A stretch of DNA of 63,249 bases, the filler included, from Octopus bimaculoides (lineage: Eukaryota): NCBI RefSeq assembly GCF_001194135.2. It is 4 parts of 3 records of this genome, joined end to end, with 100 filler letters (N's around TTAATTAATTAA, not from the genome) between each part and the next. Parts side by side here need not be neighbours in the genome. Positions count along the whole stretch, not along the records: positions 1 to 25,164 come from NC_068991.1; 3 more parts are not named here. One strand, 5' to 3'. The position numbers and the translations under genes are program-made. This document shows positions 1-14,059 of this stretch, piece after piece. How positions within the stretch are numbered: position 1 is the first letter of the stretch; each line of letters starts with the position of its first letter. Under the pieces are notes generated by a model that worked only from the letters and a program-made list of their open reading frames with translations, did not search any database and had not been told where the DNA came from.

Positions 1-276
1 GTTGTTTCCTTGTTGCTTGCTACATTTCTTTTAGGATCAGCTTCAAATTGCTTTTAAACATTTTCGTAATAGCATTTCATTAAATATTTGCTTTTCTTAT
101 ATGTCGAAAATAAAAGTAAACAAATTACAAAAGAAAAACAAAAACAGAAAAGAGAAAATGAGAGAAATAAAAATACCTGTATGTTTACTATTATAGTAAT
201 TAGTTGAGGACTTACTAAAATAGCCTCTAGGTAGGGAAGAATAAAACAGAATGATTAAAATTTCTAAGAAACATTA

Positions 277-325
<49 letters not shown>

Positions 326-1381
326 AAGAATGCTTTTAATGGCAACTCTTAGTTAATCAACGAAAGTCCTCAGCCATAATGTATTTTCTGGCGCTTAAAA
401 AAATGGCATGGTGCCATTTGGAATTACTTTATATCAATATTAATGATGAATTTTTTAAAACTTACAGCACATGACTAAAAATTTTGTATTTGTGTTTTGG
501 AAGGGGAATGTATAGTCAATTTTGTGAACCTTGGTCCTTAACTGGTGCAGATGAAATTTAAGGGGAAAGAGTTTAGGTGGTTGCGAAGGCAACAAGAAAT
601 ACCAATATGAACCAAATTTTTCTCAATGATCCCATTTCACGTTTTAAAAACTTAGAAATAAGTAAATACGGTCGCAAACTCTAGGATTGATAGGGTCGGT
701 TACTCGATTTTCATGGCATATAAGCGACCGAGATCAGAGTATTGCAACTGGACGTGACGCCAGTCCGTTGCAGTGTTACTCGCATACAGCTGAGTGGGTT
801 GAGGCAACAGGAAACGAAGTGTTTTGTTCAATAATCCCGTGCGCTGGCAGGTCTGAGAGTAGAAACCAAGATATTGCAATCGCAAGATCGTGGGTACAGC
901 GCCCTAAAACATTTGGGCAAGCGCTTTCACGTATGTGTTAAAAGGGGGAAATGCAATCACATTATATGATTGTAGATATTCAAAAAGGAATGTTGGTTAT
1001 GGCTGGAACGTCTTTGAGCCTACATTAGCTCGACCGACATATTTTTTTATTTCTTTCTCTCTTAAGCGAGTATTTAAAGAAATGCTATTATGAAAATGTT
1101 TAAAAGCAATTTGAAGCTGATCCTAAAAGAAATGTAAGAAACAACAAGAAAACAACAAAAATGGATACAAATTATATATTTAATATATATATATGGCCGC
1201 AGCTCTAAGCTGAAACTATAAAATAAAAAATATATATTTATACATATACATACGTACATTTCTACACGCACGATTATGTGTATTGTACGCGCGCGCACCC
1301 ACATACACACTTGCAAATGCAATAATAATAATACATACGTACATATATATGTATATATTTATATATGTATATATGTATACA

Positions 1382-1413
<32 letters not shown>

Positions 1414-2368
1414 CATACATAACAAGCATACATACATATATATATTGAACCTCAGGTTTGTGAAGGTTTATTTTTTTGCCTTTTTAATTTCGTCGGCACC
1501 AGAGGGATGAATAGCGAGATTAGTCTCAACAAGAATTGAACACAGAAAGTAAGGAGTCATGAGTAAATACGCCAAAATTTATCGTCTGATGTTTACTCTG
1601 AGTATTTGCATTTCCGTAGGGACCCCGGTTCGAGTATAAAACAGAACCAACAATGTCAAGATTTAAACTCAAAAGGTAAATAAAAAGGTAAATGTAATTC
1701 GTCCCCTGCTTTACCAATTCTACAAATAATCGATCTTTCCTCGATATATCGATTTATCCCAGTGACATAACATTATAGTATCAGGACGAATGTCTTGCGG
1801 TGACAAATACCGCTATTGAAAACATTTTCTTTCATCATAGGGAATCGTAGGGAATCGAAAACGTTGTAGTGAAGGTATCGATGGGGCCAAGAATTGAAGG
1901 TTCCTTGTTTCGCTCATACAACGCAAGCTATCCCAAGACAGGGGGCCAAGTGTTTGATTGGCTCATTATGTATCGACAGCAACGTGTTAAAAAGCACAGT
2001 AGACCTCGGCATATATACAGTTGAGAATACAAAGAAACAGAAATCACTACAATGCATTCCATTCGCCATTTTAACGAATTTTTCAATTCAACGTATTGCT
2101 AGGCTCGATGTGTCGATACAGTCTATAGAAACGACTGTACGTATTGAGTACATTTTTACATGTTTGCAAAACCAAACGTGTACACACGCACACACACATG
2201 CACACTCACACACACACACATACACACACACGCACACACACACGAACACACACACACATATATGCACATTATCATACATACGTATATATGCATATATATA
2301 TTTTGATATATATATATATATGTACATAGATATGCATATAATTGTACATACACACATATACTTATGTG

Positions 2369-2436
<68 letters not shown>

Positions 2437-2543
2437 AGTTTTAAATCCGTAAATGCGTGTAAATATATATACATATACAAACACAGTCATGCATACTCAT
2501 ACATTTACATGCAAGATATTTATGTGAGTGTGTGTGTGCGCGC

Positions 2544-2600
<57 letters not shown>

Positions 2601-4505
2601 TGCGTGTGTCAGTTAATGGTAGTACTGTAATAATGTTCTTCAGTTTTAACGAAAAAGTTTTTAAATTCCTAGGTATCGTGAGAGCAAACCAAAAATATAA
2701 ATATATATACATATTAATAAACCAGAAAGAAAAAAATACTTAGAATAAAACAAAATGTCAGAATACAGAGACATTTTACCATTATAGTAATTAGCTAGAA
2801 AGCGGATAAATAGCCTGGCGGCAATGTAGTGAAGAAAACTGCCGCAGGCTATCCAGATATGAAAAAGAAAAGAGGAGGAAAATTTGAAAATACAGCAATA
2901 ACCTAAAATAAATAATTTACAATAAACCACCAGAAGGAAAGGGAAAAAAAGTACCGACCACAACCACCAGAAGTAAAATCACGAAAAAATAGAAAAAGAA
3001 AGACGAACGAAAATCACCGCCATTTTGGTAGTAAGTCTCTTTGTAAAATGTATACCTCAAATCACATTAAAATACTGTTTTTCTTTAGGCTTGGAGTAAA
3101 CGATGAGGAACGGACGATTTCAATAGCAAGGTTTTGTTAACATCGTTGGATGAAAGTAGAGGGAATACAAGTGTGGTAGTAGTTCAAAGGTTTCTAGAAT
3201 GATGTAGTAAATTCAGGACAAAAAAACAGAACGATTAGTAACCATAAAGATATAAATATATCAATATATCACTTGTTTTTGATATTGTTTTATTTTGCTG
3301 TTTGTTTTTCCGGCGTTATTTACTTGGAATGACATAAATGTATGTATGTATATATATATATATATGTATGTATGCATGCATGTATGTATGTATGTATGTA
3401 CTGTTCATATAAAATGAAACTTATGTTCGATATTTCGTATTTCATATTCATACTTATGTGTGTATGTGTGTGTGTATGAGAGAGAGTATGTATGTATGTA
3501 TGTATGCATGTATGCATGTATGTATGTATTTATATGTCCTCTTTTCCTTTGGTGCATTGTCTGGGAATATACACATTCTGTCTCTGCGGCAACCAGTCGA
3601 AATTTGCAGCAGAGAGTCATTGTGCTTCTTTATCTACTTCCATCTCTGAATGAACTGATGGCGTACATTAGGTTCATGAAAATCTTAGTCAAGATTCGGA
3701 TTCATATCCATTAGTATCGCCTACAATATATTTTAACCATTTACCTTCACTGCAAATATACATATCATGACATCAAAATTTTCCTCATAAATATGTACAT
3801 TTCCTTTAATTTCCTGTGCTGTTAACATGAACACTGTACACTAGTACTGACGAACCCCGAGGAGTCGAAACAGACATATTAAAGTGTTGAAAGGCAAGTG
3901 ACTGAAACTGAATATTTAGTTATTGGGATGTTTTCTGATTTCAGAGAATTAAGGAAAAAATTATATAGACTCATAAGACCGGTTTTCCCCGGTTTCCGTG
4001 GCGTATATATATTTTTTTTCGCCAGTCCGCTCGCAGGGTAACTCATTTTTACCTGCTGAGTGGACTGGAGCGACGTAAAATGAAGCGTTTTGCTTAAAAT
4101 CACAACGCATCGCCCGCTGCAGGAATCGAAACCATAATCTTAAGATCGTGACTCCAGTACCCTAACCATCTAGCCACGCCCCATCTCTTTTGTAGTGCCA
4201 GACATGAGTAAAAGTGTTGCAATAGAACCCTGTAACTCTTCAAAGGTAAAGCTGTGTGAATAGAATGACACCCAACTGTGTAAATGTAATAAACAGCATC
4301 GTGTTGATAATGCTAAGTAGGGTGTTGTTAGGGGATAGAAAGCGTTGATACGTGACGACAATAGGGGCTGCTGAGCAACAATAGGGACGAGTTGTTATCG
4401 TGAGAGAGAGAGAGACTGTTTCATATTTGTGTTGATATATATGTGCGCACGTATGTGCAGGTGAATGTATATGCATGTACGTTTTGTGGGACTCTGTGTG
4501 TGTAA

Positions 4506-4569
<64 letters not shown>

Positions 4570-5318
4570 NNNNNNNNNNNNNNNNNNNNNNNNNNNNNNN
4601 NNNNNNNNNNNNNNNNNNNNNNNNNNNNNNNNNNNNNNNNNNNNNNNNNNNNNNNNNNNNNNNNNNNNNNNNNNNNNNNNNNNNNNNNNNNNNNNNNNNN
4701 NNNNNNNNNNNNNNNNNNNNNNNNNNNNNNNNNNNNNNNNNNNNNNNNNNNNNNNNNNNNNNNNNNNNNNNNNNNNNNNNNNNNNNNNNNNNNNNNNNNN
4801 NNNNNNNNNNNNNNNNNNNNNNNNNNNNNNNNNNNNNNNNNNNNNNNNNNNNNNNNNNNNNNNNNNNNNNNNNNNNNNNNNNNNNNNNNNNNNNNNNNNN
4901 NNNNNNNNNNNNNNNNNNNNNNNNNNNNNNNNNNNNNNNNNNNNNNNNNNNNNNNNNNNNNNNNNNNNNNNNNNNNNNNNNNNNNNNNNNNNNNNNNNNN
5001 NNNNNNNNNNNNNNNNNNNNNNNNNNNNNNNNNNNNNNNNNNNNNNNNNNNNNNNNNNNNNNNNNNNNNNNNNNNNNNNNNNNNNNNNNNNNNNNNNNNN
5101 NNNNNNNNNNNNNNNNNNNNNNNNNNNNNNNNNNNNNNNNNNNNNNNNNNNNNNNNNNNNNNNNNNNNNNNNNNNNNNNNNNNNNNNNNNNNNNNNNNNN
5201 NNNNNNNNNNNNNNNNNNNNNNNNNNNNNNNNNNNNNNNNNNNNNNNNNNNNNNNNNNNNNNNNNNNNNNNNNNNNNNNNNNNNNNNNNNNNNNNNNNNN
5301 NNNNNNNNNNNNNNNNNN

Positions 5319-5351
<33 letters not shown>

Positions 5352-5609
5352 CACACACTCACGTATATATATTAATATATATATTAATATATATATTAAT
5401 AAATATATTTATATGCATATATGCGTACATCTTTCTACGTATATGTATACATTTATAAGTATACGTATATATACCTACCTGTTGTCTTTCTATCCATATA
5501 TGTATGTGTTTCTATGTGAGTGTGTGTGTGTGTGTGTGTGTGTGCGTATGTATGTCATGAGTATATTTGGGTATGCATATATGTGTGCATGTATGTATTC
5601 TTTCATATT

Positions 5610-5648
<39 letters not shown>

Positions 5649-5659
5649 AGAACTTATGA

Positions 5660-5830
5660 GCAGAACTTACTTACAGGTATTGGTAGTGCAAATCAGAGGT
5701 GCAATCTGTGTGGGTGTTTTTTCAAAACACTGTCTGGTTTAAAAAGCCACATCAGACGCCATGAAAGGGCTAAGGTGTAGGTGCAGGAGATGGTCAAACT
5801 CTGTTTAAGGAGTAGACAACCACCATATAT
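5660..5830 (+). mobile_element. Probable RTE-like LINE 3' terminus with C-terminal C2H2 finger (CNLCGCFFKTLSGLKSHIRRH)
   Basis: Single finger without TGEKP linker, stop, short UTR ending in (TA)n. Alternative: last exon of a C2H2 gene. Confidence 0.5.
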
Positions 5831-6180
5831 GCATGTATATTTGTGTATATTTTCATGTATGGTTTATTCTTCATACATTTATAAGTGAATCTACTTTTAT
5901 GCAAATGAATATGTATGTGTATTATCTTGCCTTCAATCTCAACGTTTTTTGCGCTAAGCTATTTTACGGTTCCCCCGTGGCCAGCATTTTTCTAACAGTT
6001 TCTAAATGTTTTCATGATTTGTCAACATATATAATATATTACCTACTTCTACTAGTGTACCAGATTTTGTAATGGCATTGACTAGAATAGATGCATAGCT
6101 AAATAAATAAATAAATAAATTGCACAGCCAGCCGTCACTCGCGAGCGAATATATTTTGGTCGCTTGTACCATACTTCAGT

Positions 6181-6686
6181 ATATTACATGGGATGTAATA
6201 CCGAGTTCTGTATTTCCACTATCAATGAAGCTATTTTGCTTATTTGTGAAGATGCTTGGCACAGTGGTTAGGATGTCTGGTTCATGATCATAAGGTCTGA
6301 AGCTCAATACCTGAACCAAGCGACAGGTTGTGGCCTTGAGCAAGGCACTTTATTTTAAGGTACCTGTGTAATAGTGACCTGATATAAACAACTTCTTGGT
6401 CCCTGTACCTTTGACTAAAGTGAATATCCGTGTTGTTACTCGTAAAGGGAAAGAGAGCTGTTCCAGTTGACGGCTTTTATTCATTATAGCGAAGAAGACT
6501 TGAGTAATGTGTAATAAAGTGCCTTGCACAACGGCACAACCTGTCGCTTGGTTCAAGTATTGAACCTAACACCTTATGATCATGAACCAAGCGTCCTAAC
6601 CACTGTGCCAAGCGTCTTCACAGATACGCAAAATAGCTTCATTGATATTGGAAATACAGAACTCAGTATTACATCCCATGTAATAT
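6181..6686. repeat. Long inverted repeat: 174-bp arms, 158-bp spacer
   Basis: 6181-6354 vs reverse complement of 6513-6686: 16 mismatches, no gaps (hand count). Confidence 0.92.
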
Positions 6687-7849
6687 GCTATACAGTAAAT
6701 AATTTATTACACAATATATCGCATATTTAATTCTATTAACTCATGGTTTAAAGACGATCAACTGGAAGATCGGTAGAGCGCCAGTTAAAATACTTTGCAG
6801 CATTTGTTCTGAATCTCAGCACTGTCAGTTCAAATATGATCGGATCAGCTTTGTCTTTCATCCTTCCTGGATCGATAACTATAGTATCACTGGAGTTCCT
6901 TAGATTGAGGGAATTGTCAGAACGTCAGATGAGATGTCTTGCAGTATCTGTTCCGGTTCTGTGCGTTCTGAGTTCAAACACCACCTCTCTTCAGCCTGAA
7001 AATATTATAGGGGAAAAGTTTACCAAGTGCTGTAGCCTTTATCAGCAATGGAAAGAAAAATAAGGGTGTCATAGCTTACTAGGTCCAACCGGAAGTTGGA
7101 CTGTCATTGCTACATATTCCCCCATTGTCAACTTGTTCACCTATTATTTCTTTTCCATGTAAAAGCGGCGAGGTGACACAAACCTTAAAGTGTCAGACTA
7201 AATATCCAGCTGAATTTCTTACGACTGTTTGGGATCTGAGATCAAATACCGCCGGGATCAACTTTTCATTTCATCTTCCCAGCTCGATAATATAAAGTAC
7301 TAGTCAAGTACTGTAATTAATAGCGTGGACTAATCTCCTCTATTTAGAATTGTTAGCCTTTTTGTCTCAATCAGAAACAATTAGTTTTCTTCATTCTCTT
7401 CGATGGTAGCTAACAAATTTTGAAATATTAGTCTACCTTACACACCAGCGATTGGATTAAATTGATCTAGTGTAACCTTTCTATATTACTTTCCAAGCTT
7501 ACATAACAGAGCAAAGCAGTAATATATCTTTAATATATACACGAAATAAAATAGGCTTAGGAATTTGGAACGTCACGTTGTGATATTTTATAACCATATT
7601 CGTAAATCTCACTTCGAGAACTATCACAGTATACAGTATATTGTCCTTCACATAATAGCTCGCCATTGTTCTACACCCTAGCGCTATGTTAATTTTAATC
7701 TAGATTTTTGATTATCATGCAACCTTAGTTCAGCTATCTAAGCCGCTTGAATATATATTCATTTACATGTATGATTTCAGCCATTTTATATCGAACATTA
7801 TCATTATTAATAAAATAGTGGGATTTGTACGGTGAACACTCTTAAAAAA

Positions 7850-8100
7850 ATCTAACTGGGTTTGCCGTCATTTCTGCAATAACGATGGGTGAGATTAACA
7901 TGCGTTCTGTGACCGAAGCAGCTGAAAAAATTACTAGATTACTACGTATAAAGATGAAAGATCCATAACCTGCCGTTGTTGCTGCTAGAATGCAATCGAA
8001 AACTTAATCAACGCCGGTTGAATCAAATAGAAGAGGAGGTCTCATGTGGAAAGGCCCGAAATCACCTTTGATCCCAGGAACATTACTGATGATGCGTCCT
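7850..8100 (+). mobile_element. Second, more decayed Hero-like LINE 3' end
   Basis: RSVTEAAEKITRLLRIK..DP resembles the Hero C-terminus; UTR GAAAGGCCCGAAATCACC..GATCCCAGG..ACTGATGATGCGTCC resembles the Hero UTR as I recall it. Confidence 0.55.
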
Positions 8101-8636
8101 ACAGCATGTCTGAGATGTGGCTTGAAGCTAAAAGCAGTACTATAGATATTTCAGCAAAGATGGCTACTTCTTTCACGTTAACAATTTCCATTTTCATTTT
8201 TTCCAAATTAGTTCATTATTTTTATTTTCGCTCTAAAAATATTTTGTTTATTCTTTCTCGGACACCAAGGATATATCTTGGATGGTTAGGGCTCAGATTT
8301 GGCCACGAACCGTGATCTTAAAATTTAATTCTTTTTACACTGACATCTCCTCTTATCTCTCTCCATCTCTCCTCCTCTCTCCCTCTCTCTTTCTCTCTCT
8401 CTATATATATAATAGAGAGAGTAGATCTATAATATACTCGTATTTAGATTTATTTTCCTATATATATATATAAGTGTGTATATATTTGGGGTATGTGTGT
8501 GCGCGCGTGTGTGTATACTCACTCATACACGGGATCTGTTGAATTTACATTGCTTTGTGTCTATATATATAGATAGATAGATAGATAGATAGATAGACAG
8601 ATAGATAGATAGATAGATAGATAGATATAGATAGAC

Positions 8637-8692
<56 letters not shown>

Positions 8693-9210
8693 GCACAAAT
8701 ATCCGTATACAATACATGTATATATACATGTATAATTCCATCCATACAGCCACACACACACCCACACACGCTTCAGCGAACAGGTAAACCACTCAGATTT
8801 CAGTATTATATTAAGAAGATGCATCTATATTTAAATTGTTGTCGATTAGGCAAGATTAAAGTAGATTTGTAATACTATAATCCCAAATCAAATGATCACG
8901 TATTCATACCATAAACATCAGCAGCGCATTAGCATCAAACCGCAACATCACCATCATCGTCGTCGTCGTCGACAACATGAACAGCAACATCAACAACTAG
9001 AAAACATCACCGCTATCATACACATGTATGCATGTATGTATGTATGTATGTTTGGCTGCAATTATTATTACAATCATTGAAAATTTAATTTCTTTATGGA
9101 GAATCTGCTAATCTGATCTAGAAACTGTTGTCTCTCATGTATAGATTCTGATCTGAGAAATATTTCCTTTCCACGTTAATACTATTAACACGTGCACATT
9201 ATTATTATTA

Positions 9211-9278
<68 letters not shown>

Positions 9279-11655
9279 TGCATTAAGACTATGAGCTGGC
9301 TGAATCTTTATCATGCCAGCTAAAATAAAAAAGCTTAACGGCATTTCATTCGTTTTAACGCATTCTGAATTGAAAATCATATGTGATCATTGTGTTTTAT
9401 AACGGCATCTGTTCAGTTGTGGACACTCATTACAGGATCGGTCCATGAAAAGTGTCTGTGCCCATTCATTTCTGTTACATGATATTACTATTGCATTGCA
9501 AGCTTCTTCTGCGATAGATCAAGGTGCCGGAAGACATCTTACTCGAACTGAGATGCAAAATGGCCATGTCAGTGAACCTAATTGACATACCCCTGATAAT
9601 ATCAAACACTTCGAAAATCGTGCTAGTCGATAAAATGCTAACATGTGAGGTGGGAACAAGCATTTCTTAACAAGGATAACTCAGTGGGCTTAAAGATAAT
9701 TCTATGCCGGCCAGCGACGGAATAGTTTGTAACGGGAGGGAAGTCTGGTTAAGGCACTAAGGGTTTATAGTCCGCAATACATCCTGGTCTGGATAGAAAT
9801 ACTAGAACTGTGACCATTTCCACTCAGAAATGGGCTGAATATAAACTGTCCGGCTGATGAAGCAAACGAATTCATCACCTTTATATTCTTTTAGTCTCAG
9901 ACTGCTTCACACCATATTTGAAAGCCTGTTATTTTTCCTGGTTGAAAGGTGGAACGGACGAGTCGATGTGACCACAAATAACCACATAGCACCATAATTT
10001 CACAGTTGCTGCTACTGTTTTTGTACCTTTTGTTGTTGTCTCTGCTGTCAGTTCATTAAATTTTTTTCGGGAGGGTATTTTTTTTTTTGTCGTGTTTCTC
10101 GAAGCCAACTTTGATCGTTTCGCTAATCTTTCTGCGGCAAGCAAGATGCAAATATAGGAAAATATTTGATTGCTATTTCTATAGCAGGTCAAGTCCAAGT
10201 GACCAAGTACATATAAACACACATAATCACACATACACGCACACACACATACACATACACTCGCACACATATACACACACACGGTCTCATTGCCTTTGTG
10301 AACAACGCGTGTTATGTTATACAGTTCGATGTCACGCTGTTTGGTTGATGCTTAAACAAACATAAAACGGAGTGAACAGTTTTTGATGTTCAAACTCTTT
10401 AGAATAATAAATCAAACATTTAAATTACATTAGTTGATATCAAATGATATTTATACAGACTGAAAGTTTTATAATTTATCATTTTTACATCAGAAGAAGG
10501 GAAGCAAACATGAAAGACAGAGAGAATGCATAATTTAAATATAACAAGATTAATAAATTTATTATAAATGTATCTATAAATATTATGTAAACGAATACAA
10601 ATTCACAAAGGAATGACGTAAAAATAAAATTCAATGAATGTTGAAATGACAGGAACGAAGAAAAGAATGAAACGTTGAAAGATGGGAAGAATAGAAGAAA
10701 GGATGAAAGGAAAGAGGAAGAGAGAGAACAAGTGAATTGAAAGGAAAACAACTTCATATATATGTACGTATATATATNNNNNNNNNNNNNNNNNNNNNNN
10801 NNNNNNNNNNNNNNNNNNNNNNNNNNNNNNNNNNNNNNNNNNNNNNNNNNNNNNNNNNNNNNNNNNNNNNNNNNNNNNNNNNNNNNNNNNNNNNNNNNNN
10901 NNNNNNNNNNNNNNNNNNNNNNNNNNNNNNNNNNNNNNNNNNNNNNNNNNNNNNNNNNNNNNNNNNNNNNNNNNNNNNNNNNNNNNNNNNNNNNNNNNNN
11001 NNNNNNNNNNNNNNNNNNNNNNNNNNNNNNNNNNNNNNNNNNNNNNNNNNNNNNNNNNNNNNNNNNNNNNNNNNNNNNNNNNNNNNNNNNNNNNNNNNNN
11101 NNNNNNNNNNNNNNNNNNNNNNNNNNNNNNNNNNNNNNNNNNNNNNNNNNNNNNNNNNNNNNNNNNNNNNNNNNNNNNNNNNNNNNNNNNNNNNNNNNNN
11201 NNNNNNNNNNNNNNNNNNNNNNNNNNNNNNNNNNNNNNNNNNNNNNNNNNNNNNNNNNNNNNNNNNNNNNNNNNNNNNNNNNNNNNNNNNNNNNNNNNNN
11301 NNNNNNNNNNNNNNNNNNNNNNNNNNNNNNNNNNNNNNNNNNNNNNNNNNNNNNNNNNNNNNNNNNNNNNNNNNNNNNNNNNNNNNNNNNNNNNNNNNNN
11401 NNNNNNNNNNNNNNNNNNNNNNNNNNNNNNNNNNNNNNNNNNNNNNNNNNNNNNNNNNNNNNNNNNNNNNNNNNNNNNNNNNNNNNNNNNNNNNNNNNNN
11501 NNNNNNNNNNNNNNNNNNNNNNNNNNNNNNNNNNNNNNNNNNNNNNNNNNNNNNNNNNNNNNNNNNNNNNNNNNNNNNNNNNNNNNNNNNNNNNNNNNNN
11601 NNNNNNNNNNNNNNNNNNNNNNNNNNNNNNNNNNNNNNNNNNNNNNNNNNNNNNN

Positions 11656-11690
<35 letters not shown>

Positions 11691-12274
11691 CACACATACA
11701 TGCATATAGGTACGTAATATATGAAAGTATATACTTACACACACACACACATACACACGCACACATAAAAATATATTAAACTCATACACTCACACACGCA
11801 CGCACGCACGCACGCACGCGCACACACGCGCAGGCGCAAACATACACAAGTGTATGTCTTGTTAAGTGCCATCATCGAAACGAATCTGAGCATTTCCACT
11901 CTGCTTCACGTTGTTAACTACTTCAACGAGTATTTATCAAAATCCTATATTCCTGCGCGCGTGCGCGTGTTAGTGTGTGCGTGTGCTCGTGTATAATAAG
12001 TGAGCCATAAGCGATTATCAATGAATTTCTCTTCGATTTTAGCTTAAATTTTTGCCTTCATATGCATGCACGTATATTATCCGTATAATGATCTCTGTAT
12101 TCGTCCTGCATATCGCACGATTCACTGTTGTGTTTGCTTGAGTAACCAGACACCCGACCACTGAGAGAGCTGGTACGTAGTCTTCGCAGAGAAATCTTTT
12201 TTCAAATCACGCCCCTACGGTTTAAATGAGGGGAGGGGGAATAAAAGGAAATACCATTGGATGTAGAGATATAT

Positions 12275-12626
12275 CTGAAGAAGAAAGAAGAAGAAGAAAG
12301 AAGAAGAAGAAGAAGAAGAAGAAGAAGAAGAAAAATAAGAAGAAGGAGGAGGAGGAGGAGGAGGAGGAGAAGAAGAAGAAGAAGAAGAAGAAGAAGAAGA
12401 AGAAGAACAACAACAACAACAACAACAACAAAGAGAAGAAGAAGAAGAAGAAGAAGAAGAAGAAGAAGGAGGAGGAGGAGGAGAAAAGGAAGAAGAAGAA
12501 GAAGAAGAAGAAGAAGAAAAAGAACAAGAACAAGAACAAGAACAAGAAGGAAGAGGAGGAGGAGAAGGAGGAGGAGGAGAAAAGAAGAAGAAAAAGAGGA
12601 AGAAGAAGAAGAAGAAGAAGAAGAAG

Positions 12627-12664
<38 letters not shown>

Positions 12665-12706
12665 AGAGAAGAAGAAGAAGAAGAAGAAGAAGAAGAAGAA
12701 GAAGAA
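12275..12706. repeat. Compound (GAA)/(GGA)/(CAA) triplet microsatellite
   Basis: ~430 bp purine-rich tract; source of the poly-K/E/R pseudo-ORFs. Confidence 0.95.
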
Positions 12707-12971
12707 TTTAAATTTAAACATAAAACGACCAGAGAATCACGGCTGAGTCACTTTTGATCGTAGATTTACTTACCCAACGCTCACCGGGGACAAAACAACA
12801 TCAGCAGCGATTAACAGCAGTATTTATAGGGATAGGGATACCGACACGTATCCAGTGATAAAACTCTTGTTTACGTAGAAGCAGTACAACTACATCATTG
12901 TATGGATGGCTGACATGATAAGGGCTATGTAATGATAATCCTTAAGTGTTTTCTATATGCTTATGAGCATG

Positions 12972-13047
<76 letters not shown>

Positions 13048-13471
13048 GTTTTGGGGTTTGTGAGAAAATGTGTGTCGGACACATCTAACTGAAGAGCTCA
13101 TATTATGTGTTTATTATATCTGACATTGCTGTTTTCCTCTAAAGGAACTAACTGCTAACGTCCACCTCGAGCCTAACATCTCACGACTCACTTGTCTCGC
13201 CCTTTCATCTCCCATATCGTGTCTAATCTACTCTCATACAATTACACACACCAGTATATTCCAATCAGTTTTACCCATGATAACATCACATTGGATCGCA
13301 TCTTTCTTTCAATCGCTGCTTTGCTGTTTTTAAGATCGTCCACCTCAGCTATTTCCCTGTTCAGGAGTGTCACCAAATCTTATGGACCAAACGATTTCCT
13401 TCCATAGCAAATTATTATTATCTTAAAAACTCAATAGTGTAAAAATGGCAACGAAAATTGAACATAAAGAC

Positions 13472-13618
13472 AGGCACGTCTGTGTGGTTAGAAGTTCATT
13501 TCGCAACCTTTCGGTCTCAGGTTCAGTCTCACTGCGTAGCGTCTTGGGCACGTATTTCCTTCTAGGGTTACGGATTGACTTATGACTCGTGAATGAAAAT
13601 AGTTGATGGAAACATCGA

Positions 13619-13653
<35 letters not shown>

Positions 13654-13945
13654 TGTCGGTGTGGGATAGAGGTGTGAGTGTGTATGTGTTTGTCTACATG
13701 TTTGTATTTTCGCTTACATCCCTTGAAAGAGAAAGGTGTTCTTGTTTGTCCCCCACCGATTGACAACCGGTGCAGGTATGTTTATGTCCCCGTAACTTAA
13801 CGGTTCGGCTAAAGATTCCAATAGACTAAGCACCAGGCTTAAAAATTCAAAGAACTGAAGTCAATTCATTCGACTAAAAACTCTTCCAGGCGCTGCCCCA
13901 CCATGACCGGAGCCTAATGACTGAAACAAGAAAAAGATAAAAGAT
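13472..13945 (+). mobile_element. SINE family A copy, diverged
   Basis: Colinear with 33880-34303 including the central (TG)n tract. Confidence 0.8.
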
Positions 13946-14059
13946 AAGTCATTTATTTTATTTTCATCGGAAGTAATTAGACTAATTAGTTCTTCTTCAT
14001 TTTGAAAAAAAAAAACGAAGCGGTTCTTAATCTTGATTATAATGTAAGTAGATGAGAAA

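Noticed and set aside
3847-3872. CTGACGA...GAAAC hammerhead-like motif
   Set aside because: No GUH site after GAAAC and no stem I pairing; decayed or chance.
9854-9875. CTGATGAAGC motif
   Set aside because: No matching stem II or GAAAC.
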